Below, piece after piece: positions 15,119 to 29,652 of a stretch of 64,000 nucleotides of DNA. Location: assembly GCA_964016885.1 (NCBI GenBank), contig OZ024743.1, positions 108,190,001-108,254,000 on the forward strand. Direction: 5' to 3'. This DNA is from Eledone cirrhosa (Eukaryota). Every line of letters starts with the position of its first letter. Positions within the stretch are counted from its first letter, which is position 1. The position numbers and the translations under genes were made by a program. The notes beneath the pieces are model-generated. The model was not told the origin of the DNA. It was given only the letters and a program-made list of their open reading frames with translations, and made no database searches.

Positions 15119-15581
15119 ACTTTACAGAACTAGAGATATTTGCAGCTAGGAAATTCTTAAGAAGTGGAACAAAGAGGAGAATTCAATTCTGAAATATAGT
15201 GATATAATTTATTGGAAGCAAAACTATTACAACATGTTTCAGGGAGTGTCATGTTGCCTATAAAGCAATAGATGTGTGTATATAATGAATTCAGAGTGAA
15301 AAATGAAAGAACATCACAATATGCACTAGCTGAATAACCTAAAAAGCACAGAACCTAATATTATCTTTAGTTAATACCTGTTTCCTTAGAACTTCTCATT
15401 ATTAATATGAGGTGCTCTAAAAAAATGACTTCTAAATTTGCCATTGTATTTAAACAAACCAATAAATAAAAGCTTTTAGTATAAAAGAGGTGAAATAATG
15501 AAACGACTGTCTTCTGTTGTTCTTTGAATCACACATACACTCACTCACATACACACATATATATGTACATGTATGTGTGTG

Positions 15582-15657
<76 letters not shown>

Positions 15658-16295
15658 GAGAGAGATAGATAGAGAGAGAGAGAGCGAGAGAGAGAGGTAG
15701 AGAGAGCGAGCGAGAGAGAGAGTGAGTGTGCATACGTCTGAGAGGACAGAAAGAGAAAGAAGGAAATCTCATCAAAACTGCATCCACGGATTTGTTGTAG
15801 ACACATTCTTGGTGTAAGATCTTCGTAAAAGTCGTTTTAAATTTCGAAAAATAACAAAGTAACATTTTTTTTTTACACGCAGAATAAAATAATACAAGAA
15901 ATTACAAAGAAAATAAAATAAATTAAAAATAAAAATAAAATATATATTTCAAAAAACAAAAAAGGTTTTGGGGGTAACTCAAAATATGAGCCTCAGAAAA
16001 CAGATGGCATATTGGAGAGAGGAATTTGATGTGAAACCAATTTTGTTTGAATGCAGTAGGATTTGCGTTAAATAAGTGCTCTCCAATAATCTCAAAACCA
16101 ACTACTTGAAATGCAACACGAACAACTAAGGCAATTCAACGTTAGCAACAATATCGACAACTATAACACCACAACCTCCACCACAATCACCTCCAGCAAC
16201 AACAATAAAAGAAACAGCTTACACAACCATTACAACAAAAATGTATAACTATAAATCAACACAATTAACAATAAAATATAATGATTATTAAAAAA

Positions 16296-16486
16296 ATAAT
16301 TGTTTCTACTTTTTGGCACAAGGCCAGCAATTATCCAGTGTATTACTGGTACTTTATTTTATCGACCCCGTAAGGATGAAAGGCAAAGTCAACCTCGGCG
16401 GGATTTGAACTCAGATCGTAAAGGGACGTAACTATGCTGGAAAGCATGGTTTCCGACCCTCTACCGATACTGCCAATCCAACGCCC
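16296..16486 (-). mobile_element. SINE family 1, full length
   Basis: Reverse-complement copy; TSD TTATT(A)7-8TAAT at 16285-16300 and 16489-16505. Confidence 0.9.
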
Positions 16487-16767
16487 TTTTATTAAAAAAA
16501 ATAATGAGAGTAGAAAAGCAAACAAAAATTGAAGGCAACAAAGAAAAAAAAAATGTTTTTCCCCAAATCATCAACTGTCCTTTTTTGTTTTCTCATACGT
16601 CTTCATCATGGTGTCTGCAAAGATCACTGGTTTTCCAAGAATAACAAACAATTCTTTCCATCCTTTCAACAAATGTCCATGATATACCCCCACGCCACTG
16701 AATTTTAAAACTCTTAAATTTCATTCCTCATCTAATTGTTAATACGGCCCTAGCACTTACACTCATT

Positions 16768-16836
<69 letters not shown>

Positions 16837-16935
16837 TCTCTCTCTCTATCTCTCTCTCTCCCCCTCTCACTCCCACTCTCTCTATATATCTCCCCTCTCT
16901 CTCTAATTTATATATATATATATATGTATATATAT

Positions 16936-16989
<54 letters not shown>

Positions 16990-16995
<6 letters not shown>

Positions 16996-17342
16996 AGTAT
17001 GTATACGTACATACATATATGTATACAGACGTACAGTTGTATGCATATATATACATACATGCACACATATATAGATGTACGTATGGATCGACCGAACATT
17101 TATTATAATGCTCGGTTTGTCTGTAAACAAACACACATCCCGAATTAAGCCGTACAGTGTTTAGCAACCATCGTTTCCCTTTTGTTCAACATTGACAAAG
17201 GAATGATGTACTAGTTTCAAGCTTCAAGAACAAAAGGGCAACGATGGTTGCTAAACACTGTACAGCTTAATACATACTTATATTTAAGTAACGACCGTAC
17301 TAAGAGTGACAAATGAAATTTCGTGTCATTTTTTCCGTTTAT
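16990..17342. mobile_element. Rearranged relative of the 466-bp retrozyme unit
   Basis: Minus-strand body up to the 3' half of the HHR (GATGTACTAGTTTCAAGCTT, ~17205-17224), then inversion to + and the unit end TACTAAGAGTGACAAATGAAATTTCG...TTTTCCGTTT followed by (TA)n. Confidence 0.85.
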
Positions 17343-17638
17343 ATATATATATACATATACTTCTTTCGTTCTATCTATCTTTCTCTTTTTCCATTTTTAT
17401 TCACTTCTTTATTCCTTTTTTATTTATATATATCTTCTTCATATTTTTATCTTTCTTTCATATATTTATATACATCTGCCTCTCTGCTTGTGTGCCTGCC
17501 TCGCGTCTGTATGTATAGTGTATATTTTCCCGCTTTCATTTTACCACAATGTAAATGATGAAGAGGCAGGCAGTACATATCTAAACTTGTTCCCTGTCAC
17601 TTATTTCAAAATGACAATCTCCCGTATGGTTTCTTCCA

Positions 17639-17716
<78 letters not shown>

Positions 17717-18896
17717 TTCTTATCTCCCCGTTCTCTTGTCCGCTCCCTCTCGCCAGCCTGTCTTGACCGATTCCCCAATATTTCACTCGCTCCCTGCTCT
17801 ATCTCAATGAAATTGCTTTCTTGCACCTCCATTTACTCAGTCACAATCCTTTCGTTTATTTGCCAAATGTAACTTCATTTCAAAAACTGAATACCACTTT
17901 GAAATCACACACAACGCTTAATCCAAACTAATCCTCAATGACCTATTTCAAACATTCGAAACACCCATCTTTCAAACCTATTTATTTGCATTCAGTTTTT
18001 CCCTTTCTCTTAATGTTCCTCCCTATCCCTCTATCTTTCTATATTCCGCTGTATTTTACTCTCGAACTCCTCAATTTCTCATCAGAGGAAATGATGAAAG
18101 AGCAGAAATATGAAAACAAATTCAAACGGCAAACCTTGCAGAACACTGCGACCCACCGAATCTCCTTCAGAATTACATTGCAGGCACATGGATCCGTAGA
18201 GTGTTCCGTCGCTTGCACGTCCATTTTGCGACCAAATTGTTCCGTTAATTGAGCAACCAGGTACGAGAACATTCATCCTGACCGCAAAAAGCATGTCTGT
18301 GACACGAAAGAAAAAAAATATCGGTTCAATTAGACGTATGCTCGTTCATCTACATATGCGTGGTATAGTTTACAAAATCTGAAGAGAATACACACACATG
18401 TAATTGACATGTATTCAGACATATAAAACGAGAAAAGTCCATTTACATACTATGTGCGCGCATACACATTCACATATATGTATAAACAATAAAATTCATT
18501 CATATACAAATACTCAAAACAAAAAAACCAGATATACAGAGGGGAAAATGCATTCAAATGTGCATGTTTGCGTGCGTGTATGCAAGCTAGCATACACGTA
18601 CAGAAATATATAAAAAGGTATATGTATATGCAACACGCACATACACCGGACGGAAATACACAAGCAAGCCTGTAAAGCTGCAAAAACAGCATTTGTCTCA
18701 GATAATTGTTGACATCTCCCTATAACCAGACAACAAATTGTCGTCAGCAACAATAGTAGCAACAACAGCAGCAGTTACATTAATATAATGGGTAACAACA
18801 ACACCAACAATAATATAATATAAGAATGACAAAAAGCCAGCGAAAAAAGTTAACTGCAACTGTCTTGGAGAAAAATTGCGTAATTCTGTAAATACG

Positions 18897-18962
<66 letters not shown>

Positions 18963-19300
18963 AACTACTTTGTAAATTCGTTTTTCTTTCCTGTGTATTT
19001 ATTTATGCATTCAACTACCATTTGGAGATTTGTTTGGTTTTAGAAGCATTTAGACATTCCATTCACCTTGTTGATTATCTCACTTCCTATCTTTCTTTTT
19101 CTCCCTCTTTCACTTGCTCTGGCTATATCTCTCCCTCTCTCTCCCTCTCTCGCTCTCTCTCTTTCTCTCTCTCTCCCTCTATCTCCCTCTATCTCTCCCT
19201 ATCTCTCGCTTTCACACATAAAGTTGGTACATGCACACTCTTTCTATTTCTCATTGATTTAATATCTCTCTCTCTCTCTCTCCCTCTCTCTCTCTCTCTC

Positions 19301-19373
<73 letters not shown>

Positions 19374-19519
19374 GTGTGTCTCGTTTTCTCCTTCTTTGTC
19401 TACTTTTTGCTTGACTACAGTCAACTAACTCCATTGCAGAATATATATAAATGGATAAACAAACAAACACATCAATAAATCAATCGATAAATATATATAC
19501 ATGGTATATATATATATAT

Positions 19520-19577
<58 letters not shown>

Positions 19578-19617
19578 TGAGACTATATATATATATATAC
19601 ATACATATATATATATA

Positions 19618-19661
<44 letters not shown>

Positions 19662-20303
19662 CGTGTGTATATATATATGTATATATGTTTTCAAAAGTGA
19701 TTGTCTGAATTGACGAAGAAAAAGAAGGTATAAGTCAACAATAAAACAAAACACGAAGTATTAAAAAGTAAACAAATACGTAATTAAGATAAACAAATGG
19801 TAAGGAGAAATAGACAGGAAGAGAGAAAAAAGCAAACACAAAAGGAAAACGAACGTGTAAATGAAAATCTAGAAAAGAATGCACAAATCTCTAAAACGAG
19901 ATGGAGGAAAAAAGAAAAAAAAATGTGCCCAACTACACAACAAAACAGGTGTAAAACAATAAGAAAATATATAAATATATAACAAAATATATAGGAAAAA
20001 AATGGGAAAATAAGAGGAAAAAATACAGAAAGAAAAAAAGTAAACAAGGGAAGGAGAAACGTGAGAAAGAAATAATGTCTAAAATATATAAAATATACAA
20101 ATAAAATAAACATGGTATGAAAATCAAAGATTGAATTTAGAGAGGAAAATATAATTGGAATTGTTTCTTATTTAGCATGGAAATGTAGCATTAAGTATTC
20201 CATTAGTTGCTAAGACATAAGCAATACACATTGAATAACAACATACACATATCAGTACACGCAAACACATGCGCACAGCAACAACAAGAGCACAAGCCAC
20301 AAT

Positions 20304-20357
<54 letters not shown>

Positions 20358-20505
20358 GACACACAAACACACGCACTCACACACGCATACATACACACAC
20401 ACACGTGTGTGTATGTATGCGAATGCAACTGTGCACGTGTGCTCTGCAGAATAACTCGGCGTGAAATTCAGAGTTGCAGTGACGGGAGAAAACTGCCAAT
20501 GGAAG

Positions 20506-20654
<149 letters not shown>

Positions 20655-20864
20655 ATGTGTGTCTGTGTGTGTGTGTGTGTGTCATAGCTATAATAGAGTG
20701 GCTATATCCGAAGCTTTTCGTTTTATGTGCTGCACAATAAAATCTTCTCAAATTTTATTCGCCTTTTATTTTCAAATTAAAAAAAACAACCAGGGAAAGA
20801 AAGATATAAATAGAAAGTGAGGGAAAAGCTGAGAGAAGGTTTGATAGAGATAGATGCATAGATA

Positions 20865-21174
20865 TATTTCTTTATTAGCCACAGGGGCACAAAAGAAGGG
20901 GACAAATACAAAGGGGGAAGTTTACATACAATAAAAACGTGTAAAATGTTATCACAGATGGAATTTAAAAGTTAGTCGATTTTCCCCAATAGAGGGAGAC
21001 AGTTTATATGGGTAACACATACCTCCGAAAAAAATGTGCAACCCTCATCTCCAGGAGTACGAAGAGCTTGTACTCCTTTCCTCTCCTCCTCCTTTTCCTC
21101 AATCTACAGGCTGATATAGAGAGAAGGCCCATTCACTCGGGCCATTCTCGCCACTTTCACCCACCTTTCATAAA
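20865..21174 (-). mobile_element. 5'-truncated LINE (L1/Tx1-like 3' end)
   Basis: Minus-strand ORF end FYERWVKVARMARVNGPSLYISL-stop (stop at 21104), 3'UTR, AATAAA at 20871-20876; 13-bp TSD AGATGCATAGATA at 20852-20864 and 21175-21187. Clade assignment is from recollection only. Confidence 0.65.
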
Positions 21175-21180
21175 AGATGC

Positions 21181-21254
<74 letters not shown>
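21181..21254. repeat. (GATA)n microsatellite
   Basis: Directly visible. Confidence 0.95.
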
Positions 21255-21295
21255 CGATAATATATAGATAGATAGATATATAGAGAGAGGGGGAC

Positions 21296-21367
<72 letters not shown>

Positions 21368-21747
21368 GAGACAGAGAGGGGGAGAAAGGGAGAGAGAGAG
21401 AATTGCGTAAAACAAGGACATACACAGCTCACGAATAAATGAAAGAATGTTAGATGTAAAGATGTGTAAGATAAATAAATGTATACTCAAAATCTTTGGT
21501 TTTTGTTCACTTGCGAAATTGAAAATAGAAATACTGAGAATTTTAGTGCGAGCGCATGGCTGAAAGAGTGTATGTATATGAATGAATGAAAACACAAAGG
21601 TACAAAAATAACCAAACAATATATTTATGTATATTTTCTTGCATTTATATATGTCTGGATGAATGTATATTTGAATGGATTTATATATATATGTACGCAT
21701 GGTGTTATACACACGCGCTCGCGTACACAGAGACACACATACACACA

Positions 21748-21851
<104 letters not shown>

Positions 21852-23825
21852 TGTGTGTGTTTGAGTATAATTAGTGTTAGATAGAACGGGAAATAGAAAT
21901 AAAATAGGCAAACAATCGTACCGTATAAAACAGCAGAAAAATAAGAACGAAAGAAACTAAGATCGAAACAAGGAAGGAAACATACAAAAACACATTATAG
22001 ATGGAAAGAATAAGAATTAAAAGAAAGAATAGTCAAAAGATATTTAGAAAGAAACTGTAAAATGAACGAATATTTGTTAGACAGAAATAGAAAAAAACTA
22101 TATGGGGAAAAAGCTAGAAAAAATTATATGCAATAAAGCTAGAAAAAAGACTATACGTAAAAAAAGCTAGTAAATGTTTATAAAAATACAAGGAAAAATA
22201 AAATACTATGGGAAGAATAAAAGTAGGATTCTGTGAAAATTGGAAAGAATGGAATTGGTAAATAAGGAATCATTTGTTTTATTTGTTCTTTGGTGGTGTT
22301 TTTTTTACAACGAAATGAGATCGGAATTTTTTCCCTGGTGATTGCTACGAGCAATTTCATGATTTCTTATGGAGGAAACGGTGCCGTATGGGGTAAGGCA
22401 GCATTTTTGAAACATTATCTTTTACTGTGACCCAGAGCAAGAGCTGCAGTTTTTGTAATGCGACCCAATATTCCTATATTTTTGCTCTCACTTGTTTATT
22501 TTTGTAGATTTTTTTCTCAATATTTCGAACCATTTAATTTAATTTGCTACCTTCAAATGGGTCAGAACTCAGTAGTGGTGAATGGTTTGATATTGTTTCA
22601 GTGGGGTTGGAATCAAGGTAGTTGTGTTGGGGGCATCTGGATGATTGTAGGGTGGCAGCGGTGTGGAGTTGGGGCTGCAAGGTGGTTGGAGGCTAAGGTT
22701 TTAACGGGATTTAGTGAGGATGGTTTTTTTAAACATATTTTCTCCGTTCACTTCTTTAGTTATAAGGATGTAAAAAATGTGCTGATTCTAACAATATAGC
22801 GTTGAAGCAATAAGTGGGTCACTATAGAATAGTTTGATCTGCTATAAATCTCAATGAAATCTACCTCATTCCTTGCCGTCTAAACGAAAAACAAATTAAG
22901 CCACATACGAGAATGTAATATTAGATACATTATATTTTAACAGAAGATTGTGTGTTTAAGGGTGAAGTATCTGTGAGCATAGACCTGTTGAATAATGTCT
23001 CCCCTTAATCTAAACAACATCAACAAAGAACACGTTCAGTATCTATGAGGGAGAATACTGTTAAGAGTAGTTTTTCAAAATTCAACAAAAGCGTGGATGC
23101 ATTTAAAATCGAAAGGGAAATCTAAAAAAATCTGAAATGATGGAAAAGTCACAAAAGTGTCCTTCATAATTTAGACACCATATAAACTCGTGTATAATGC
23201 GGGAAACATAATACAAAACATCAACGTCAAAATTTGAGGGCAGCATTGTAAACGAATGCAAAACAAAAAATTATGAAAATTGATATACCGGAGGCAATAG
23301 CCCCAAGACATCTGAGGACTTATATCATTATCTATAAAAGGGACATTGTTGTTGTTGTGCGCGTGAGTGTTCCATGTTTATACATTTGCAAAATTTCAAA
23401 CCGATTCGACTCAACGTCTGGAAAAATGATGTAAATGGTCTAACTTAGGTCAACGACTATTTACGGAAATAATCGATAAAACTAAATACATGACGCTTTA
23501 CCCCTCTAATAGAATCTGTAAACCTCTATCTACTCCCCTTCAAATTCAATAAAACTACATACTTGCTTACAAACTTCCTTTAGGAACGCCGAAGAGAGAG
23601 AGGGGAGTGAGAAAGAGAACGTTTGTTTTTGAGTGTGGAACGGTCTAACATTTATTTACTTCAATGACAAAGAGAACTTTTTACATTTCATACGAAACAA
23701 CAATTATTCAAAAGAAACAGATACATTTATTCAACAACAAAAAAAATAGCGATAAATCTTTTTTAAAACCTCTCAACGAACGTGGAAGAAAGAAGTATCA
23801 GTTCATTTACTAAACACAATAATAT

Positions 23826-24372
23826 ACTCTATGAGGTCACTAAATCTGCTAGAAACAGCAGCTAACTCTCCCCCATATCACACCACTCCTTACTGTCTTA
23901 AATTTAGAAAACATATCCTCTATGAGGTAACTAAACCTGCTAGAAACAGCAGCTAACTTTCCCCCATATCACACCGCTCCCTACTGTCTTAAATTTATAA
24001 AACATCTCATCTATGAGGTCACTAAACCTGCTAGAAACAGCAGCTAACTCTTCCTCTTAACACACCGCTCCCTACTGTCTTAAATTTAGAAAACATATCC
24101 TCTAAGAGGTCACTAAACCTGCTAGAAACAGCAGCTAACTCTCCCCCATATCACACCTCTCCCTACTGTCTTAAATTTAGAAAACATATCCTCTATGAGG
24201 TCACTAAACCTGCTAGAAACAGCAGCTAACTCTCCCCATATCACACCACTCCTTACTGTCTTAAATTTAGAAAACACATATCCTCTATGAGGTCACTAAA
24301 CCTGCTAGAAACAGCAGCTAACTCTCCCCCATATTACACCCCTCCCTACTGTCTTAAATTTAGAAAACACAC
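23826..24372. repeat. 91-bp minisatellite, 6 copies
   Basis: Unit CCTCTATGAGGTCACTAAACCTGCTAGAAACAGCAGCTAACTCTCCCCCATATCACACC...CTACTGTCTTAAATTTAGAAAACATAT recurs at 23831, 23922, 24013, 24104, 24195 and 24287. Confidence 0.95.
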
Positions 24373-24662
24373 ATTAGACAACCATGCAGAACAACTCCAT
24401 CGCAGCTCTGTTGTTCGGCTGGCATCGTCTAAGCGCGTGTTGCGCAAGTACTGTGAAACAATAAATTTCAACACTTCTTTGCACAGAGATAACATAGGCG
24501 AAACTACAATTGTCACTGCTGGCGCAGCTCCTGCTTCGGCAGTCCAGGTCTGCAATTCATTCACCCAGTGCCTGGCAGATAAAAAATTGCTGCCATAAAA
24601 TGGGTGGTGCAACCTAACTTTGGTAACTTACTGACCCCGAGCAACGCCAGGCTTTAATGGTA

Positions 24663-24765
<103 letters not shown>

Positions 24766-25394
24766 TTCCTGCGGCTGTGTTGTGTAGCGAATGCAACCAA
24801 TGGCAATTGTAAATTCGGTTATATATTATTTAGAAGGAGATTATTTGATTTAATACATCGAAGTTAAAACGTAAATCTTCAATGACATTACGTTCCTGTC
24901 TTTCAAAATCTAAATATTTATGATTTTTCTTCGGGTAGAAAAACTAAAAGATGATTTATATTCAAGTTCGGATAATAATCGAGTAAATACGATATGTTCT
25001 TATTTGTATTTAGTAGTAAGTGATTTATTTTTGATTTCAACTCATCAAAATCGAACCAATGTATTCCAGTATTCAGTATGAAGACCATAGTATATTCAGT
25101 TAGTGTGAGTTATCATTGCAAACGTAAGATGTAATTATAGTGACAAACCGACTAATACAAGTTTATCTACCCAATGAATAAAACCAGTGTCGATTAGTTA
25201 TTGTGATAGCCAAGCTTTTAGCAGAGGATCTATTGGTAATTACAGTCTCTATCAGCTAAGGTCAGAGGACCTGGGGAATATTAGTGTCTGTATCAATCAA
25301 GGTTTTTAGTAGACGACCTGTCACACACACATATGTGAATAAGAAAAATTCAATTATATGTTACAGCTGTATATGTATGGAGGCAGGATTGTTA

Positions 25395-25720
25395 AAGGGC
25401 GTGACTTAGTGGTTAGAATGTTCTGCTCATCACCGTAACGCTGGGAGTTCGATTTCTGGTGTTTCAGAATGTCCTTCTGCAAGTCACTTCATTTCACATT
25501 GCTCCAATCTTTTCTGCTGGTCAAATTGATTTTTATCTAAGATTAGAGAGGCAGCATAGTTATTCATTGTGTAATGTTGAATCTCCCGGAGAACAAAGTT
25601 AGCAATATATGTGCCTCTGGTATGCTCAGCTACTTGCACGTTAATTCAAAGAGTAGGCTGGCTATTCCCTTGTTTGAAATACTTAAACACTCATCGTCGA
25701 AATATATGGATGTCCATTCC
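25395..25720 (+). mobile_element. SINE family 2
   Basis: GGCGTGACTTAGTGGTTAG...GAGTTCGATT head, ATTTCACATTGCTCCA core, ATGCTCAGCTACTTGCACGTTAATT body. Confidence 0.7.
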
Positions 25721-26459
25721 AATCCTGATGCGTGTCATAATAAAAACGACTTTTCTCATTCAGTAAATGTTGTGTGTGTTGTCGGGGAAGATCTGCCGCG
25801 TATAGAGAGATTCAATGTTACACAGAAAGATGGTGGTGATAATTGATATATAGAGCGACAAACTAATACAGCAATAGAGCAAACACGACCAGGATTATTA
25901 GAACGACGATAATGGTGATGAGGAGGTGGAGGAGTATTTCGGATTTGATTAAAGTGCATAAAATACAAAACAACAACTAAAGCAACGTCAACGTGTAATT
26001 AATTGGTGACTGTGTAATTAATTAATGAAATACGTTTCTGAATATGTCATGAAATAATTCCAAAATAAAATGAAAAAGTCACTGAGAGAATAAAACATTA
26101 TTCTAATTCATCCACTTATTGAAATATAGAAAGGACAACATACGTTTGTTTTTTATTTATTTACTGAAATATCTTTACATATAAAACGTCAAATCACATG
26201 TTTATTTTAGCTTACTGGTTTCTGCCTTTCGGTCACGTTATAGGAATGTTAAAGCAGTTGCTATGTTACTTGAGATTAAGAGAGAGAGAGAACATTTTCT
26301 TTTACCTAAATAAGTAACTTGGAATTGGTGAGAGATAGTGAGGCATATATACAAATCAACCAGCGGTGAAACAGTCAGGTGATGAGACGAAATGAAGAAA
26401 ATTGAACACAGCTTGAAGAAATTAGATTAGCGGCAGTAAAAACCAGTTAGACCCTTACT

Positions 26460-26655
26460 CACCAGAGTAGTGAATACTTGGGGTAGTAGAGTGGGAAATA
26501 TAAAAACAAATTCAGGACCCCGACGGCTGAGCTCCGGCCGTTTCAACAGCTAGATCCGAACTGAAGCGCCGGTATTTGCGGGGTGGGAATCTAACTGGTC
26601 TCCTCAGGGGTATAGTCAATATATGGAGCCGGAGCTCAGCCGTCGGGATCCTGCA
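26460..26655 (-). mobile_element. HHR family B element (Penelope/retrozyme-like) with 5' inverted duplication
   Basis: Shares TACTTGGGGTAGTAGAGTGGG and GACCCCGACGGCTGAGCTC with copies at 29.9, 49.2, 53.8, 56.5 and 58.1 kb. Confidence 0.8.
26516..26617 (-). ncRNA. Type I hammerhead ribozyme, complete, GUC cleavage triplet
   Basis: GAC-UAUA-CCC CUGAGGA GA(C)CAGUUAGAUUC...GGAUCUAGCUG UU GAAA CGGC-loop-GCCG UC GGG-GUC. All core nucleotides present, 11-bp stem II, 4-bp GC stem III, bulged stem I. Confidence 0.85.
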
Positions 26656-26658
26656 TTT

Positions 26659-26698
<40 letters not shown>

Positions 26699-27769
26699 GT
26701 CGTTTTCTACAGTTACTACACTTGTATAGCTACCATTCTGAATTGGGTATTATGCACCCTGCTTTAATTAAAGTATTAAGTGCTTATGCGTTCGTGAGCA
26801 GACACTGTCTCTCTATCCATCTTTGACCTCCACCTGTATTGATTCAGTGGAACATCCGGAAAAGAAGAAAGACAAAGTGAACTCAAAAGGATACGATTCG
26901 GAACATATTCCCAACGCTATATCATGGCTGCTAAATTGATCGCTTTAGAGTTAACAGCAATTATCCATATTACTAGCCAATATAGGTTTGTGTTTCGCTT
27001 TCTATTTTAAGTTACATGCAGAAAGCGTAGTGCGTATTATGATTTTGTTGGTAATTCTAAATGTGTTACTTTTAAAAATGTAGGCCAGCAGAACTGAATG
27101 TTCTTATCGACGAACCCACTGAAGGATATAAATAATTTGGATTTGAAGATTTATATGCCAAATATAAATTATTGAAAAATGCTGAACATGCAAATTGGAA
27201 ACAGATGTACTGACGAAATCAGCTGCTATTCCCAGCAGCTGACACAGACTTATTAAACACAGGCTTTTCTTTCTATCTTTCTACATTCCTTTCCTTCTGT
27301 CTTTCTCTCTTTCTTTTTTCCTCTTCCTATCTATTTTTTTTTTAATACTATAAGCTGGTAATTATTAATCTCCGAGATTATTGGAAATTCTTTAAAAAAA
27401 TTAAAACGTTGAGATTTGTATTTAAGAAATGAACGTAGTTTTACCATGAATAACAATAGAACAATAAATATAAAATTGTAGATGCAAGTAAGGATAAAAC
27501 AATTTCAAAATATTTTAAACAGAGAAACTTCAATAGTCCTTCACCTAGTGTTGGTGCTGTTGATAATGATGATAATGATGTTTATGATGATGTTGATGGG
27601 TTAATGATAGCTATGAGGTGCAGCTGTTCAACAGATTGAATCAATTTCATATTAATGGGTTATTTTGGTTCTGTTTTGAAATGTGATTTTAGGTATACAG
27701 TCTCAATCACAAAAATGAATATTATCTACCAAAAACTTAATGATACAAATAAAGCAAGAAAACTAATTC

Positions 27770-27962
27770 ATAATTGTTTCTACTTTTGGCACAAGGCCAG
27801 CAATTATCAAAGTGCATTACTAGTACTTTATTTTATCGACCCCGTAAGGATGAAAGACAAAGTTGACCGTGGTGGGATTTTAACTCAGGCCGCAAAGGGT
27901 GGTAACTCAATGCTGCAAATCTTGGCGTCCGACCCTCTACCGATACTGCCAATCCACCGCCC
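27770..27962 (-). mobile_element. SINE family 1, full length
   Basis: TSD CTAATTCATAAT at 27763-27774 and 27962-27973. Confidence 0.9.
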
Positions 27963-29128
27963 TAATTCATAATGTCGACACAACATAGTCTAATGGATAA
28001 GAAGTACGCTTGGGAGTGAAATTGGGTAGACTAAAATTATACCTGTAATTCAAAGTACCAAAATTACCATCCATTATATCGCTGATAATTCCATTAAGGG
28101 TACACTTGTCTCTGGAATACTCAGTCACTTGCACAATAATTTCAAGAAGAAGCGGTTATGTTGATCAAACAATTAGAACTGGTGTAGTCTGAACTGACGG
28201 AGGTCCAGCATAGTTGCCAAGTACTAGCGACGATGTCTCCCTGTCACCCTCTTCTCTTTCTTTCTTTCGGTTTCACTCTCTCTTCGAAATAGGCTACGTT
28301 TCACTGTAAGAATTGTTGCGAGATATTATACACCACAATGCCGCATTGGGACATAAAGTAATGTTAACATCCTCCGCCGCATGAAACCACAGGAACAAGA
28401 CATTTTTGAAAAGAATAAACCAACACATTGCCTGCAGCACATTAGAAACTAAAGTTGCCCCTCTAATACAGCTAATTTTCACAAGTATCTGTTTCATAGT
28501 AAATATTCTATAAATATTTGAATTAACAAAAATCAGTTTTAAAATATTTTCTGTTACATTATTACAGGATTTTAAGAGTTAAATCTTGTGACAGCTTAAG
28601 GACACATAATCTGAAGAAGAAACAAAATAAATAAACGACATGTTTACATTTTTTTTTAGACATTATTATGTAATTTTTAATAGATCATTATAACTCATGG
28701 CTTATTAAAGTGCTGACCTGCCATCGATTAACGGCGTCCATTACAATAGAAATGTGTAAAATAAACATTGACAAGTCCAGTGAAATATTTTTTTTTAGAA
28801 CTGAAGGAAATCTCGAACGCAGGAGAATTGGTTAAAAAAATCGGGTAAAATGCCACAATAAACGTAAAATTGGTCAGCAGCCGCTAACAGCTCTGTGCCA
28901 TTAAGCAAAGTGACTACTGGCAACACATACCATCTTTTATAAAGCGAAATATTAGCTTTTCCAATGTGAGAACATTTCAATGTGGTGGTCACTAACTAAA
29001 TGCACGTCCATATAGTAAGGACATTATATAGAGCGCATATTGCCATTATAAATAGCTTATCGTTGTAACAACTTCGTGTTAAAATTATATCACAATTCTA
29101 CATCGCCCCAAATGGACACACACACGCG

Positions 29129-29175
<47 letters not shown>

Positions 29176-29652
29176 GTTGGTGTGTGCGGGTGTGTGGGTG
29201 TGCGCGCGCGTGTTTGTATGCGTATTATATATATATATCAACTGGCTAAAACAAACAAACAATACAAAGGTATAATTCATATAGATGCACATGCTGTAAC
29301 GATTACAAATATCCCCGACGGAGTTCTGAATGTATACATGATATACGCTGGGATATACATGGACAGTAAACAATTTTAATTCTTGGCAGATGCATTTCAA
29401 AATGATAGCGTTACTGTGTGTTTCGTTGTTTCTTTTTCCCACTCGCATTAAAATGATCTCATATACGTGCATGCGCATGAACACAAACATATATATACAT
29501 ACACACATATAGGTATGTGTGTGTATGTGTGCGTTATATATGTGAAATAGGTTCTTGCCGTGCGGCTGACCTAAATAGATATATTACATAATTGCAATAC
29601 ATTTTAATAAAGCTATTTCGCAAAAGTTAAACCATCATTATTTTAGTCTCTC

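Noticed and set aside
23826-24372. CRISPR-like appearance of regular repeats
   Set aside because: No unique spacers, eukaryotic context; plain minisatellite.
24346-24612. Minus-strand ORF containing VTIVVSPMLSL, reminiscent of RecQ helicase motif Ia
   Set aside because: No Walker A or other helicase motifs nearby and no convincing splice context; a single short motif is insufficient.
27209-27250. CTGACGA followed by the hairpin TCAGCTGC/GCAGCTGA
   Set aside because: No GAAA or NUH after the stem; not a hammerhead.
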